A stretch of DNA of 64,000 bases from a virus (IMGVR_UViG_3300035034_002798:32001-96000); one strand, 5' to 3'. Counted from the stretch's first letter, positions 36,693 through 47,749 are shown. The notes: generated by a model from the letters alone, not told the origin. Numbers and translations are program-made.

Positions 36693-38294
36693 ATGAGTGA
36701 AAATTTTACAGATGAGGAACTAAATACTCTTGAAATACTAGAAGATCCCGTTAAGTTTGCAGAATATGAACTTGACTGGACAGCAAGATCTTACCAGGAG
36801 ACCATGCTCAACTCAGATGAGAATAGAGTAGTTGTAAGAGCTGGTCGTCGTATTGGTAAAACCGATATGGCCGTAATTAAAATGCTTCACTCAGCATTCA
36901 CAATAGAAGGATACAGGGTATTGATTGTTACACCTTTTGAGTCACAGATTAAACATATATTCCAGAGATTAAGAGCTCTAATTAAAAAAAGCGATATGAT
37001 ACAGCAAAGTGTTACCAGAGATATTAGATCACCTAATAGAATAGAATTCGGTAACGGAAGTTATATCGTAGGATTTACAGCAGGAACCACCGGCGGAGGC
37101 GGAGCAGCAAGCGTTCGTGGGCAGGGCGGGGACCTCATTTATCTTGATGAGGCAGATTATTTGAGTGATGATGATATAGATACAATTATCTCGGTTGCCT
37201 ATGAGGATGCTGAGAACGTAAAGATATGGGCAACATCAACGCCGACTGGTCGCAGGGGCAGGTTCTGGCAGTGGTGTACCAAAAAAGAACTTGACTGGAC
37301 AGAGTTTCATTATACATCTCATGTTAACCCTAACTGGTCAGATGCGGCAGAAAGAGATGCACGCAACAACCTTACTGAACTCGGTTATGTACACGAGATA
37401 CTAGCAGAATTCGGAGATATGGCTGAAGGAGTATTCCAGAGAAAGTTTGTAGAGAAGTCAGCAGAAAAAGGCAAAGAAAAAGGGATAGAGCTGGTAGATG
37501 AGATCGACTACCAGGCTGTTAGAACGATAGGTATCGACTGGGATAAAGCTGGTGCAGCAACACAGATTGTAGTATCAGAGTACGATCCTGAAGAGGATAT
37601 ATTCTATCCAATAAACAGGTCAGAGATACCATCTGGAGAATTCACTTATTCAAATGCTATCGACACTATCGTAGAGTTAAACGAAGAGTTCGATCCAGAC
37701 TTCATTTACGCTGACAGGGGCCACGGAGAGTATCAAATAGAAGCCCTGCATAAATATGGAATAGCACATCCTGGTACTGGACTGGAAGACAAGGTTAAAG
37801 GTATTAGTTTCTCGGATAAAATTAATATTCCTGATCCTCACACCAAAGAAATCGGGAAAAAACATATTAAACCATTTATGGTAAATACAACGGTTTTATT
37901 ATGTGAAAACGAGAGAATCGCCTTACCAGGCAATGATCAGATGATAAAAGAGCAAATGCTTGATTATTATATAGAAAGAGTAACCCCAACTGGCCGACCG
38001 GTATACAACGATGATAATGAACATGCATTAGATGCTTTCATGTTGAGTCTGCTCGCAATGCAGTTAGAATTTACAGATATAGCAAAGTCAAAATTTGCAA
38101 GTAATGTAGCAACAGCACCCAGACTCGACTACGCGCGACACAAGAAAAAAAGAGAAGAAGACAAGAATAAATCTAAGAATACAGGTGTTGCTTTCCTTGA
38201 TGGTCCAGGACTGTCAAAAGGAGCAAATGCCATAAGATCAAGCTTTAATAGAAGCAGAACTTTAAAAAGACCTCCAAAAAGGAGCAGTTTTTAG
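36693..38294 (+). CDS. Terminase large subunit
   Basis: YQ, AGRRIGKT (Walker A), IYLDEAD (Walker B), TSTP, IGIDW, HALDA nuclease. Confidence 0.95.
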   Translation: MSENFTDEELNTLEILEDPVKFAEYELDWTARSYQETMLNSDENRVVVRAGRRIGKTDMAVIKMLHSAFTIEGYRVLIVTPFESQIKHIFQRLRALIKKSDMIQQSVTRDIRSPNRIEFGNGSYIVGFTAGTTGGGGAASVRGQGGDLIYLDEADYLSDDDIDTIISVAYEDAENVKIWATSTPTGRRGRFWQWCTKKELDWTEFHYTSHVNPNWSDAAERDARNNLTELGYVHEILAEFGDMAEGVFQRKFVEKSAEKGKEKGIELVDEIDYQAVRTIGIDWDKAGAATQIVVSEYDPEEDIFYPINRSEIPSGEFTYSNAIDTIVELNEEFDPDFIYADRGHGEYQIEALHKYGIAHPGTGLEDKVKGISFSDKINIPDPHTKEIGKKHIKPFMVNTTVLLCENERIALPGNDQMIKEQMLDYYIERVTPTGRPVYNDDNEHALDAFMLSLLAMQLEFTDIAKSKFASNVATAPRLDYARHKKKREEDKNKSKNTGVAFLDGPGLSKGANAIRSSFNRSRTLKRPPKRSSF

Positions 38295-38425
38295 TTCTTT
38301 TCTAGACACCATGGGGTCGCGTTTTTCCAACCCCCTTTTTCGCGCCCCATGATGCCTATAAAACAAAAGGGAGAAACAGTTGTTAGAAGTACAACTTTAA
38401 GAATTTCCATAAATAAAAGTGGGAA

Positions 38426-38725
38426 GTGATAATTATGAAAAAAGTATTAGTTATTTCAACAGAGTTCAGACGGTCAAGAAGATTTGCAGAAAAGATAATA
38501 GAAGACAGAAAAGAAGAGATATTAGAGGCAAGCTACATGGACAACATTGAAACCGAAGATACTAATTATTTAATGTGCAGCACTAATAACCTCGAATCTA
38601 AAAGAGGCCTGGATGTTGATGAAGTATTAATTGATATGGAAGTAGAGATCAATAATGAACTAAATGATGTTGTAGAACCTCTCATTTTAAATAGTGATTT
38701 AAACTTTCCAGTTAAGCTTATATAA
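38426..38725 (+). CDS. Small protein resembling a terminase ATPase subdomain
   Basis: KVLVIST...SKRGLDVDEVLID parallels RVLIVTP...SVRGQGGDLIYLDE of TerL. Confidence 0.5.
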   Translation: MIIMKKVLVISTEFRRSRRFAEKIIEDRKEEILEASYMDNIETEDTNYLMCSTNNLESKRGLDVDEVLIDMEVEINNELNDVVEPLILNSDLNFPVKLI

Positions 38726-38738
38726 AGGTGGTTAAAAG

Positions 38739-40160
38739 ATGGGTAGAGGTATAGACACAAAAGAAGAGAGAAGATCAATAGAATATAAACCTAATCTTGA
38801 GTATATACCAGAAGAAGTCTTTATAGAAGATGAAGAATCAGCTACTCAAAAAAATTACAAAGTACCACCACAGCTAACAAGAGTAAGCGAAATTAAAGTA
38901 ACAGATAGTTATGAAAAGGTGTCGGATACCCTAAAGAAGCTGGAAGAATTCATCAGTAACTTGGAAGAAGATTTAGAAGACGATACAGTCAAGTTAGATG
39001 ACGAGATAAAAGAATACTTAAAAGATGAAGATTTCGGTGATGAGATATCTTTTACTGATTATAAAGACATAAGGTTCAAGCCTGAGCCGACATCAGATGA
39101 AATAAGTATTTCTAACTATTACGAGAAAGAACATAAAAGTATAACAGATGATATAAAAGTAGAGATACTTGATATGGCCTGGGATATGAGGGATGAATTT
39201 ACAGACTCCTTATCTTTTATGGAAAACACTCTACTTGATGTAAGTGATGATTTCAGCCTCGAAAAGCAGAGAGACAAAGAACTCGAACTTTTAAACAGGT
39301 GGCTTGAACTGGATATAAAAAAACAAAACTTAGAAGAAGAATACAAGAGGATGGACAACCCTGATCAAGACGAGCTAAGATCATGGCGCGAAGAATACCA
39401 GGGTGTTAATGAAGAGCTTGATGAAATATCAGTATATGGACCCAAGGGTGATATCGGTAAAACATTGTACGACAGGGCCACCAAAATGAATGAAGTAATA
39501 GATGAGTGGTCAGAACTAAGAAACAATACCGTAGCCGATTATTTCGATGGATATGTTTACTGCATAATACATGAATTCCTTTCAAATAATAAAGTTGGAT
39601 TCGATACTGCAAGAATAGCCGGCAGATTAAAGAAAGTAAAAGCACTACTTGAATTCGCACACAGAGGTTTAAATGATGATATTAAAAACATCAAACAGCA
39701 GATTAGAAGCCTAAAGAATCTACCACAAAGGCTTGCCATGGAGGCTGGAGGGGCAGCAATTGGTGTCTTAACCCAGTATATTGGAGAGTCTGTTGCAAAC
39801 TTCGTTCAATACTCTACTACGTCAGGAACAAGCTGTCAGCCCTTTTACGAGATAGGTAGAGAGCTATTAGATATCATAAAGGGACTTGATATTCAGTACA
39901 ACGAGCTGCTTGACGATTATTATAGAACAAACAGCCTAGAATTCAATAAATACAAGAATACAAATAATATACTTAGGAATAAAAAGAAAAAACAGGGCGT
40001 ATTTTACATGCTAGATCTAGTAGTAGATGTTGTTGATACACTCGAAAAATCAACACGAGAAAAACCGTTAGATGAGTGGATCGAGGATTTCATCAAAAAC
40101 AACAATCTAAATACGACCTACAATAAGAAAACAAACCAGGTAGAGCGGTTTGAAATATAA
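38739..40160 (+). CDS. Acidic coiled-coil hypothetical protein
   Basis: 473-aa ORF with SD. Confidence 0.75.
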   Translation: MGRGIDTKEERRSIEYKPNLEYIPEEVFIEDEESATQKNYKVPPQLTRVSEIKVTDSYEKVSDTLKKLEEFISNLEEDLEDDTVKLDDEIKEYLKDEDFGDEISFTDYKDIRFKPEPTSDEISISNYYEKEHKSITDDIKVEILDMAWDMRDEFTDSLSFMENTLLDVSDDFSLEKQRDKELELLNRWLELDIKKQNLEEEYKRMDNPDQDELRSWREEYQGVNEELDEISVYGPKGDIGKTLYDRATKMNEVIDEWSELRNNTVADYFDGYVYCIIHEFLSNNKVGFDTARIAGRLKKVKALLEFAHRGLNDDIKNIKQQIRSLKNLPQRLAMEAGGAAIGVLTQYIGESVANFVQYSTTSGTSCQPFYEIGRELLDIIKGLDIQYNELLDDYYRTNSLEFNKYKNTNNILRNKKKKQGVFYMLDLVVDVVDTLEKSTREKPLDEWIEDFIKNNNLNTTYNKKTNQVERFEI

Positions 40161-40175
40161 AAAGGGGCGTTATAA

Positions 40176-41087
40176 TTGGCCAACGATTTAGATAAAGAAT
40201 TAGAAGATAAGGTGAAAGAGTTTATATCAGAGATGGAAATGGACCCAGAAAAAGAAGTTCAGGAAGATGATAACAGTCTTAAGAAGTTTGACAAACTGAA
40301 TGCACAGTCTGAAGCCCAGATGCAGAGCAAAGAAGTCCAGGTTCTAGATTTTGAACCTGAAGGAGATAAGGTACAGATAGTACCCATATCGGATATACAT
40401 CTCGGCTCAATAAATGCGAATATACCAAAGCTTAGAGATTTTATTAAATATATAGAAGAGACTCCCAACACCTACACGGTACTTACTGGAGATCTTGGAG
40501 AGAATGCAACTAAAACATCTATAGGACTTGGTGTGTATGAACAAAGATATGACCCGCAGACACAAATAGAAATCTTAGAAGAAGAACTAAGACCACTCGC
40601 AGAAAAGGGCAAGATACTCGGAATCCAACCCGGCAATCATGAAAGACGGATCATGAGAAGCACTTCAATTGATCCTATGAGAATACTCGCAAGAAGCTTA
40701 GGAGTACCTTATTTAGGTTATCAGGGCTACCTGAAACTTAATGTCGGAGAACAAACCTACCACGCAATTACCTTCCACGGAAGATCTGGAGCCCGCACAC
40801 ACGGAGGAAAAATTAATGCAGCTCATAAGATGAATCGAGTTGCCAATGTTGACCTCTACATTTCAGGACACACTCACGTCTTAGACTCTTCACACGATAT
40901 CATAATGGAAATCGACGATGAAACAAATGAAATTGTATACAGAAGAAGATATTACGTTATAGCAGGTTCCTTTTTAAGCTATTGGGGTGGCTATCCAGAG
41001 ATGAAAGCTTATTCCGTAGCAGATCAAGGAGCTATGCGTATTGACTTATATAAAGACAGACACAAGATAAAAGTACACAAACCATAA
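40176..41087 (+). CDS. Calcineurin-like metallophosphoesterase
   Basis: SDIHLG, GDL, GNHE, FHG, GHTH. Confidence 0.92.
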   Translation: MANDLDKELEDKVKEFISEMEMDPEKEVQEDDNSLKKFDKLNAQSEAQMQSKEVQVLDFEPEGDKVQIVPISDIHLGSINANIPKLRDFIKYIEETPNTYTVLTGDLGENATKTSIGLGVYEQRYDPQTQIEILEEELRPLAEKGKILGIQPGNHERRIMRSTSIDPMRILARSLGVPYLGYQGYLKLNVGEQTYHAITFHGRSGARTHGGKINAAHKMNRVANVDLYISGHTHVLDSSHDIIMEIDDETNEIVYRRRYYVIAGSFLSYWGGYPEMKAYSVADQGAMRIDLYKDRHKIKVHKP

Positions 41088-41131
41088 AATATATCTAACC
41101 ATTAAACTATATCACAAAAAAGGGGATTTAT

Positions 41132-41539
41132 ATGATTAAAAAAGTTTACATGGCCGGGCCAGTAACCGGTAAAGACTTACTGGAAGCAAAAAAACACAGA
41201 AATAACATAGCGGATATGTTATCTGACCAAGGATTAATGGGTATCTCACCGCTAAGGGGTAAAAAAGAAGGAGAAGAATATACCCCTCAAGAGATAGTTA
41301 ATAGAGACTTAATGGATATTAGAAATTCTGATGCTATTTTATGTGATTACTTTGATGAAGACCACAGTTACATAGGTACGAGCATGGAAATCATGTATGC
41401 AGCTCAAAAAGAAATACCAGTATTTATAGTAACTGGTAGTGACACCATAAGAAATCATTACTGGATCCAAAACTATGCCACTAAGATTTTTAGCTGTATA
41501 GAAGATGCAGTAATATATATAAATAATTTTTTAGAATAG
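41132..41539 (+). CDS. Nucleoside 2'-deoxyribosyltransferase-family protein
   Basis: VYMAGP, RDLMDIRNSD, GTSMEIMYA...IPV. Confidence 0.88.
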   Translation: MIKKVYMAGPVTGKDLLEAKKHRNNIADMLSDQGLMGISPLRGKKEGEEYTPQEIVNRDLMDIRNSDAILCDYFDEDHSYIGTSMEIMYAAQKEIPVFIVTGSDTIRNHYWIQNYATKIFSCIEDAVIYINNFLE

Positions 41540-41562
41540 ATAAGCAAGGAGACTGATCATCG

Positions 41563-43650
41563 ATGAAGATATTCCAGAAAATTGGTAATTTCTTCAATCG
41601 TATGATTTCTTTAAAAAACGCTTCACCTCAAGATTATGACCCTAAAAATGTAAGAATCGGAAGAGTGGGTACAGCTGATATAGCAGGAGGTGGCGGAGGA
41701 GAAACATTTGAAGCCCCGCAATGGGACTTTCAACAAATAACAGATGCTTACGCTACTTCAAGTTACACAAGACAGGCTGTAGATAAGTATATAGAGCTGC
41801 TCTTTAAAGAATCATATGATTTTGTAGGGCCAGATTCAGACGCAATAAAATACATCAGACAGAGGTTTAAGGTTATGGCCCTGGCAACTGGCAAGCCCGT
41901 TCAACAGTTTTTTAATGAAATGGCTGAGGACTTAGTTAAATACTCCAATGTTTTTGTAGTAAAAGCAAGAGAAAATAATTCTAAAGCTTTGCAGATGCAG
42001 GGTGTTAGTCTTACCGGTGTGACTGGTAATCAACCAATAGCTGGGTATTTTATATTAAATCCTACTACTGTTGAAATTTTAAGAGACGAACACGGAACTA
42101 TAACTAAGTACAAACAGGAAGTGCCAGGGGTTGGAGATCCAGTCGAATTTGACCCCAACGACATAATACATATCTACTATAAAAAGGACAGAGGTAAGGC
42201 ATTTGGACAGCCTTTTATACTTCCCGTCCTAGACGACATAAGGGCTTTAAGAGAGGCAGAAGAAAGCGTTTTAAGGCTTTTATATAGACACCTTTTCCCC
42301 TTATATCAGTACAAAGTAGGTATTGCAGAACCCGGTTTTGAAGCAGACGAAAAAGAAATAGATAATGTAAGAAATCAGATAGAGAACATGCCCTCAGATG
42401 GCGGCATAGTAACCCCAGAGAGGCACGAAATAAAAGTAATCGGCGCAGATGGTGAGGCGATAGATGCCAAGGACTACCTGGAGCACTTTGAAAAACGAGT
42501 CTTCACCGGTTTAGGAGTGTCGTCTACTGTAATGGGTAGAGGCGACACGGCCAATAGATCAACTGCCGATAATATGACAAAAGAGATGCATGATAGGATA
42601 AAAGCTTTTCAAGAAGTATTATCAACCTTTTTAAATGAGTTCATGATACAGGAACTATTACTTGAAGCTGGGTATGATCCTTTAGAAAACCCAGAAAGCG
42701 AAGTTAAGTTCCAGTTTAGAGAAATAGATACTGAGCTTAAAATAAAAAAGGAAAATCATGCAGTATATAAATATGAACATAATGCAATTACAGAAGATGA
42801 GATGAGACAGGAAATTGGAATGGACCCCATAACTGATAGGGCTAAAATGCATATCAATCTGGTTACTGGAGCTACATCTGATGCAGAAGACTCCGAAGGA
42901 AGCAGCTCAGATACTGATAATAAAAATAACCCAGAAAACCAGAGCGGAAAAAGGGGAGGGCCTAAGACTAAGGAAAACTTAGAGAGCCTTACGGCAAATG
43001 AACTTGTCGATAACTTAAATTATGAAAAGCATCTTTCCAAACTAAAAAAGCAATACACAAACTCCAAAAAAGATGTATTAGAGCTTACGGAAAAGTACTT
43101 CGAAGATAACAAAAAGAAACACCCCAATTCCACGAAAGACATAACATCCTCACTTAAATCACTCGCACGATTAACTCTCAAAATGAGTGCTGACACCTTC
43201 AGTACTTCTTTCCAAGCAGGCAACGACACAGCTTTTAAAGATATAGCAGATGAAAAAGTGTCTAAAGCCACTCACGATTATGAAATCAAACAGGTAGAGG
43301 AATCTCATAAAAAATACTTCAATAAGCTGGCAGATGAAATGTCGGCCAAAATAGAAACAGCACTTAAAAACAACAATAAGAGTAAAGCTCTAAATAGAGT
43401 CAACAGGCTTTATGAGGCTTATGCTCATAGAATAGATTTCATTGCATTTACAGAAATGATGCATGCCTATAACTACGGATATGCTGTATCCGCAAGGGAT
43501 TTAGGCAAAACAGAGTTGATAGTTAATTCTAGTGAAGACACTTGTGAATTATGTGGAGAAAAGAAAAAGATCAACTTAGAAGGCAGCAACTTATATGAAA
43601 GGGTGCCGCCATTCCACACCAATTGTCATTGCACTTTAGAAGATAAATAG
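41563..43650 (+). CDS. Portal protein fused to a C-terminal MuF/gp7-like head-morphogenesis domain
   Basis: Portal-like core (IIHIYY..RGKAFG.P.I; GLGVS..VMG) between TerL and protease; C-terminal CELC...PPFHTNCHC. Confidence 0.85.
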   Translation: MKIFQKIGNFFNRMISLKNASPQDYDPKNVRIGRVGTADIAGGGGGETFEAPQWDFQQITDAYATSSYTRQAVDKYIELLFKESYDFVGPDSDAIKYIRQRFKVMALATGKPVQQFFNEMAEDLVKYSNVFVVKARENNSKALQMQGVSLTGVTGNQPIAGYFILNPTTVEILRDEHGTITKYKQEVPGVGDPVEFDPNDIIHIYYKKDRGKAFGQPFILPVLDDIRALREAEESVLRLLYRHLFPLYQYKVGIAEPGFEADEKEIDNVRNQIENMPSDGGIVTPERHEIKVIGADGEAIDAKDYLEHFEKRVFTGLGVSSTVMGRGDTANRSTADNMTKEMHDRIKAFQEVLSTFLNEFMIQELLLEAGYDPLENPESEVKFQFREIDTELKIKKENHAVYKYEHNAITEDEMRQEIGMDPITDRAKMHINLVTGATSDAEDSEGSSSDTDNKNNPENQSGKRGGPKTKENLESLTANELVDNLNYEKHLSKLKKQYTNSKKDVLELTEKYFEDNKKKHPNSTKDITSSLKSLARLTLKMSADTFSTSFQAGNDTAFKDIADEKVSKATHDYEIKQVEESHKKYFNKLADEMSAKIETALKNNNKSKALNRVNRLYEAYAHRIDFIAFTEMMHAYNYGYAVSARDLGKTELIVNSSEDTCELCGEKKKINLEGSNLYERVPPFHTNCHCTLEDK

Positions 43651-43685
43651 AATATTTACTACCACAATGGGGAGGAGGTGTTAGA

Positions 43686-44990
43686 TTGAGAAGATTACGT
43701 TTAAACGAATCATATAAATTAGAAGTATCCAAAGAAGAGAAAGAGAAAAGACTGGAATCGACTGAGGGTGTTTCTAAAAAAGGTGGTTCTGTCATTGCTA
43801 ATCTCGCCGCGATTCATGCCGGCACTACAGCAAATTACACTGTTTACGGTGCCGATAAGTTGCGAGGAGATGAAGCAGAAGGCACCGGAGTAGCCTCATG
43901 GACTAATCCATACAACAAACCAGTACTTACTCACCACGATAAGCACTCAGACCCCATAGGTCGAGTAGAGAGCGCTTCTTATATGACAGCAGGAAGTAAG
44001 CCCTTTATCAAGCTTAAGGTAAAGATATCGGATGAAAGTGCCGCCGAGAAAGTTTTAGATGGCAGGTACGACACGGTAAGCATCGGCTCAGAAACTGATG
44101 CAGCTATCTGTAGCATTTGTGGTACAGACATAGTAGAAGAGGGTTTTTGTGGCCACTGGCGTGGAGAAACATACGAAGGAGAGACTGCTAAGTGGATACT
44201 TGGTGACTTATGGTTTAACGAAGTGAGTTATGTCAATGTTCCAGCTGACAAAGATGCAGGAACTCTTTCAAAAGAAAGATTACAAGAAAGCGCTGATTAC
44301 AACATAGATACAGTAGAAAGTCTAGGAGATGGTACTGCAGTCCTCATTGTGGGCTCAGAAGAAACTGAAGAAAGCAAAAACAAAAAGAATACAGCTTCAG
44401 TTCAATACACCATAGAAGAAAGCAAGGAAGGAGATAACACATTGCCAGAAGGTAAAGAAAATGAAAAAACAGTTGCAGAGTTACAGGAGGAATTAGATTC
44501 CCTTCAAGAGAGTCATGACGAACTAGAGGAAAGTAACAAAGACCTCGAAGGAAAGTTAGAAACTCTCAAAGAAGAAAAACAGGATCTTGAAACAGAGAAA
44601 GAAAAGTTGATGGAAAATGTTGAAGAAAAAACAGACAAGCTCCACGATGCTCTATCACAAAGAATCGTTGATATGAGAACTGTATTGGGTAAACCAATGG
44701 AGGAAGAAAGAGACGATGAGGTAGAAAAGTACGCATCTAGAAGCTTTGAGTCATTAAACGACACCATGGGTGATTTAGTATTGGAATATAAAGATGCATT
44801 ACCCGGACTGAGAGGTCAAATTGAAAAGGTAAATAATCCTGGAGCCGCAGTCAATGACGGGAAAGAACCAAATTCCTCAATTGAAGGTGTAGAGGAGAAA
44901 GATGACGATGAAGATGTAGAGATGACAGAAGAAGAGATCAACAAGAAAACAGAAGATGTATTAAAAAACTTATTCGGTGGAACTAACTAA
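43686..44990 (+). CDS. Prohead protease with C-terminal scaffold
   Basis: KPVLTHHD..PIGRV, TVSIG, EVSYVNVPAD; acidic coiled-coil tail. Confidence 0.88.
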   Translation: MRRLRLNESYKLEVSKEEKEKRLESTEGVSKKGGSVIANLAAIHAGTTANYTVYGADKLRGDEAEGTGVASWTNPYNKPVLTHHDKHSDPIGRVESASYMTAGSKPFIKLKVKISDESAAEKVLDGRYDTVSIGSETDAAICSICGTDIVEEGFCGHWRGETYEGETAKWILGDLWFNEVSYVNVPADKDAGTLSKERLQESADYNIDTVESLGDGTAVLIVGSEETEESKNKKNTASVQYTIEESKEGDNTLPEGKENEKTVAELQEELDSLQESHDELEESNKDLEGKLETLKEEKQDLETEKEKLMENVEEKTDKLHDALSQRIVDMRTVLGKPMEEERDDEVEKYASRSFESLNDTMGDLVLEYKDALPGLRGQIEKVNNPGAAVNDGKEPNSSIEGVEEKDDDEDVEMTEEEINKKTEDVLKNLFGGTN

Positions 44991-45016
44991 AAATAACCCA
45001 AGGAGGTAATTAATAG

Positions 45017-46066
45017 ATGCCACTTTTTGAACAGTATAATCAGGTACCAGATAGTCGTTCTAACACAAAATTAGTAGTTTCTGGCGGGGATTCCCCAGCA
45101 GAAGAATTTATAGTTGACCCAACATTAGAAGTTAAATTTAAACATGAATATGGTGGATGGGGCCAGCAAGAGGTTGTTATCGCAAAAGGACAGTTATGTG
45201 CGATTGGCGACCCAGTTAAAGACACAGTTACAGGTGAGTATCGTCCAACACTTACTATCGCGGACGGAACAAACCCAGTAATCGGTGTAGCTCCATACAA
45301 CATTAGTAAGAATACAGACGATAGGTTTGACGGGAATCAGCCTTCAGTAATTACCAAAAATTACATTGAAGTACCTTATATTCCAGATAGCAAGTACTCA
45401 TCTCAGGTACATTGGGGATTAGCAACAGGTAGCCTTGAACAAGGTGACTTTGTTAAGGCTAATGGCAATGGTAAATTTGAGAAATGGGAAGAAGGAACAG
45501 ACTCCATTAGACAGATCGCAGGAACATTATGGGCTATTGAACAAAATATTCCACCTGCAGGATGGTTAAAGTGGGCGATGTTACCAGACGAAGTATTAAG
45601 ACAGATGGAGAACCCAGGAGAAGCACCAGGACCAGAAGGGTATCCTTACGATCCTCAGTATGGCTGGCCTACAGAAGGTATGGAAGGACAGGACGCAACA
45701 GGTATTCCTGGACTTACAGATGCTTATAATCTATCTAAAGAAGATGTAGCAGCAGAAGAATTGGGAACAGTATCCGCTGGAACATTAGCTGGCACTAACT
45801 TTGTCTTCAAGACAGATCATACACCAGTAGTTGAAGGTACATTAGTACTGAAAGCAGACGGAGCACCAATCGACGCAGTTAACTACACAGTAAATGAAGA
45901 AAAAGGCGAAGTAACTTACACAGTAGAAAGTGATATCGGCGCGTCTGATGTAACAATCACAGCTGATTATACACATACCGAAGCTCAATGGGATAACACT
46001 GGTTTACCAACTGGTTGGGACTTCCAAGGAAGCACAGGAGCTGCAAGAATCTTACTACGCATGTAA
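45017..46066 (+). CDS. Head decoration / minor capsid protein
   Basis: Between scaffold and capsid genes; beta-rich. Confidence 0.6.
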   Translation: MPLFEQYNQVPDSRSNTKLVVSGGDSPAEEFIVDPTLEVKFKHEYGGWGQQEVVIAKGQLCAIGDPVKDTVTGEYRPTLTIADGTNPVIGVAPYNISKNTDDRFDGNQPSVITKNYIEVPYIPDSKYSSQVHWGLATGSLEQGDFVKANGNGKFEKWEEGTDSIRQIAGTLWAIEQNIPPAGWLKWAMLPDEVLRQMENPGEAPGPEGYPYDPQYGWPTEGMEGQDATGIPGLTDAYNLSKEDVAAEELGTVSAGTLAGTNFVFKTDHTPVVEGTLVLKADGAPIDAVNYTVNEEKGEVTYTVESDIGASDVTITADYTHTEAQWDNTGLPTGWDFQGSTGAARILLRM

Positions 46067-46141
46067 TTGATCATAAATAACAAAATTATAGATTAACAAA
46101 ATAAATAATATATTGGAGAAAACTTCAAAGGAGGAAGAATA

Positions 46142-47218
46142 GTGCCAAAAGAATTAACCGAAGAACAGCAAAAAAAGCTTAATTTAATTGAGCGTTACCA
46201 AGATATGATGAACCCAGACTATAACTCACCTTCCAAGTTAAAGGAAGAGAGAATTTCCGTAAATGAAGCTCTATCTACACCAGATGCTTCCGTACTTATT
46301 CCTAGAGTGATTGTGGGTGAATTAAGAGAGTCCGCAGAACCTAATTATATTGCAAGCGAGTTCTTTGATCAGGTGCAATTAACAGAAGGTAGAAGCATGG
46401 TATTTCCTAGTGTGTCAGCGATTCGAGCGCATGATATAGCTGAAGGTCAGGAATATCCTCAAGAAAATCTCGATTTTAATCAGTACAAAAGTACTGAAAT
46501 TCGCGTTGGTAAAGTTGGTCTACAGGTCAGCATTACCGATGAGATGATCGAAGATAGTCAGTGGGATACTATAGGTCTTCACATTCGCCACGCTGGACGG
46601 GCAATGGCTCGTTTCAAAGAGGAAAAGATTTACAATGAGTTTAAAAAGCACGGACACACATTATTTGATAATGATATCAGGGGTGAGCAGCCAGAAGCCG
46701 GTACTACAGGCTTAGGAAAAGATGGTAATCCAAACGATACTATGTCAGTAAATGACTTTATCGATATGGTATTAGCATTAATGGCTAATGGGTATGCAGC
46801 AACTGATATTTTAATGCACCCTTTAACATGGTCAATGTTTGCTAAGAATAATGCATTATCTAAGTTAGACTTAGCTGCTTTAGGTGGAGAAGGAAACGAT
46901 GTAACTTTATCACCATCTATGGTACAGGGTCGTATCCCAATGAACTTAAATGTTAACTTAACACCATTTATGCCTATCGATAGAGAGAACAAGAAGTTTG
47001 ATATGTATGTATTGGACCGTAATAACGTAGGTATTATGCTGGTCAAGGATCCACTCTCCACAGAGCGTTTTGACAATCCTCGGAGAGATATCCAATCAAT
47101 TAAAGTTAAGGAAAGATATGGCATTGGATTACTGGACTCTGGAAAGGCCGTTGTGTCAGCGAAGAATATCGCACTTGACGAGACCTACGAGGAGCCACAG
47201 CTAGTAAGAAACGTATAA
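46142..47218 (+). CDS. Major capsid protein (HK97-like)
   Basis: LIPRVI, AEGQEYP, KVGLQVSITDEMIEDSQWD, LMHP, ERYG; position. Confidence 0.9.
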   Translation: MPKELTEEQQKKLNLIERYQDMMNPDYNSPSKLKEERISVNEALSTPDASVLIPRVIVGELRESAEPNYIASEFFDQVQLTEGRSMVFPSVSAIRAHDIAEGQEYPQENLDFNQYKSTEIRVGKVGLQVSITDEMIEDSQWDTIGLHIRHAGRAMARFKEEKIYNEFKKHGHTLFDNDIRGEQPEAGTTGLGKDGNPNDTMSVNDFIDMVLALMANGYAATDILMHPLTWSMFAKNNALSKLDLAALGGEGNDVTLSPSMVQGRIPMNLNVNLTPFMPIDRENKKFDMYVLDRNNVGIMLVKDPLSTERFDNPRRDIQSIKVKERYGIGLLDSGKAVVSAKNIALDETYEEPQLVRNV

Positions 47219-47257
47219 TAAGCTCTCAATACTAAATAAAAGCTAGGAGGAGATTAA

Positions 47258-47683
47258 ATGGCTAAAACAAGAGTCGGATTAGCTCCTGGTCGAGTTGCTT
47301 TTTATGACGAACTTACTGGTATACATTTAGGACTGCAGTCCCCTGTCGCGGAAGTGCCCGGGGACTCAGACTTAAAAGCTATTAAGTCGGGGTTAAGAGC
47401 GGGAACGCTCATAATGATAGAAGGCAATATTGAAGACCTAGAGCAAAAAGTGGAAGAGAAGGATGAAGATTCTAAAGCGGGCACCGAAAAAGAAGATGAA
47501 ACAGAAGATGCCCCCACTGACGAGTCTAAAGAGGCAGAGAAAGATACCTCGGAAGGCTTTACAGAAAAAGAGTTGGAAGATCTAACTGTTCCAGACTTAA
47601 AGGACTTAGCAAGAGAAAAGGATTTAAGCGGCTATTCAAGTATGAAAAAGGACAGCCTAATTGCTTTAATTCTTGATTCATAA
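47258..47683 (+). CDS. Protein with C-terminal Rho-N/HeH domain
   Basis: LEDLTVPDLKDLAREKDLSGYSSMKKDSLIALI. Confidence 0.8.
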   Translation: MAKTRVGLAPGRVAFYDELTGIHLGLQSPVAEVPGDSDLKAIKSGLRAGTLIMIEGNIEDLEQKVEEKDEDSKAGTEKEDETEDAPTDESKEAEKDTSEGFTEKELEDLTVPDLKDLAREKDLSGYSSMKKDSLIALILDS

Positions 47684-47693
47684 AAACAAAACA

Positions 47694-47719
47694 ATGGGGT
47701 CTTGTAAAAGAGGCCCCAT
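47694..47719 (+). terminator. Hairpin after the capsid operon
   Basis: atggggtct...aggccccat. Confidence 0.5.
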
Positions 47720-47749
47720 ATATACATATAGGAAACGAGGAGGATTTAG

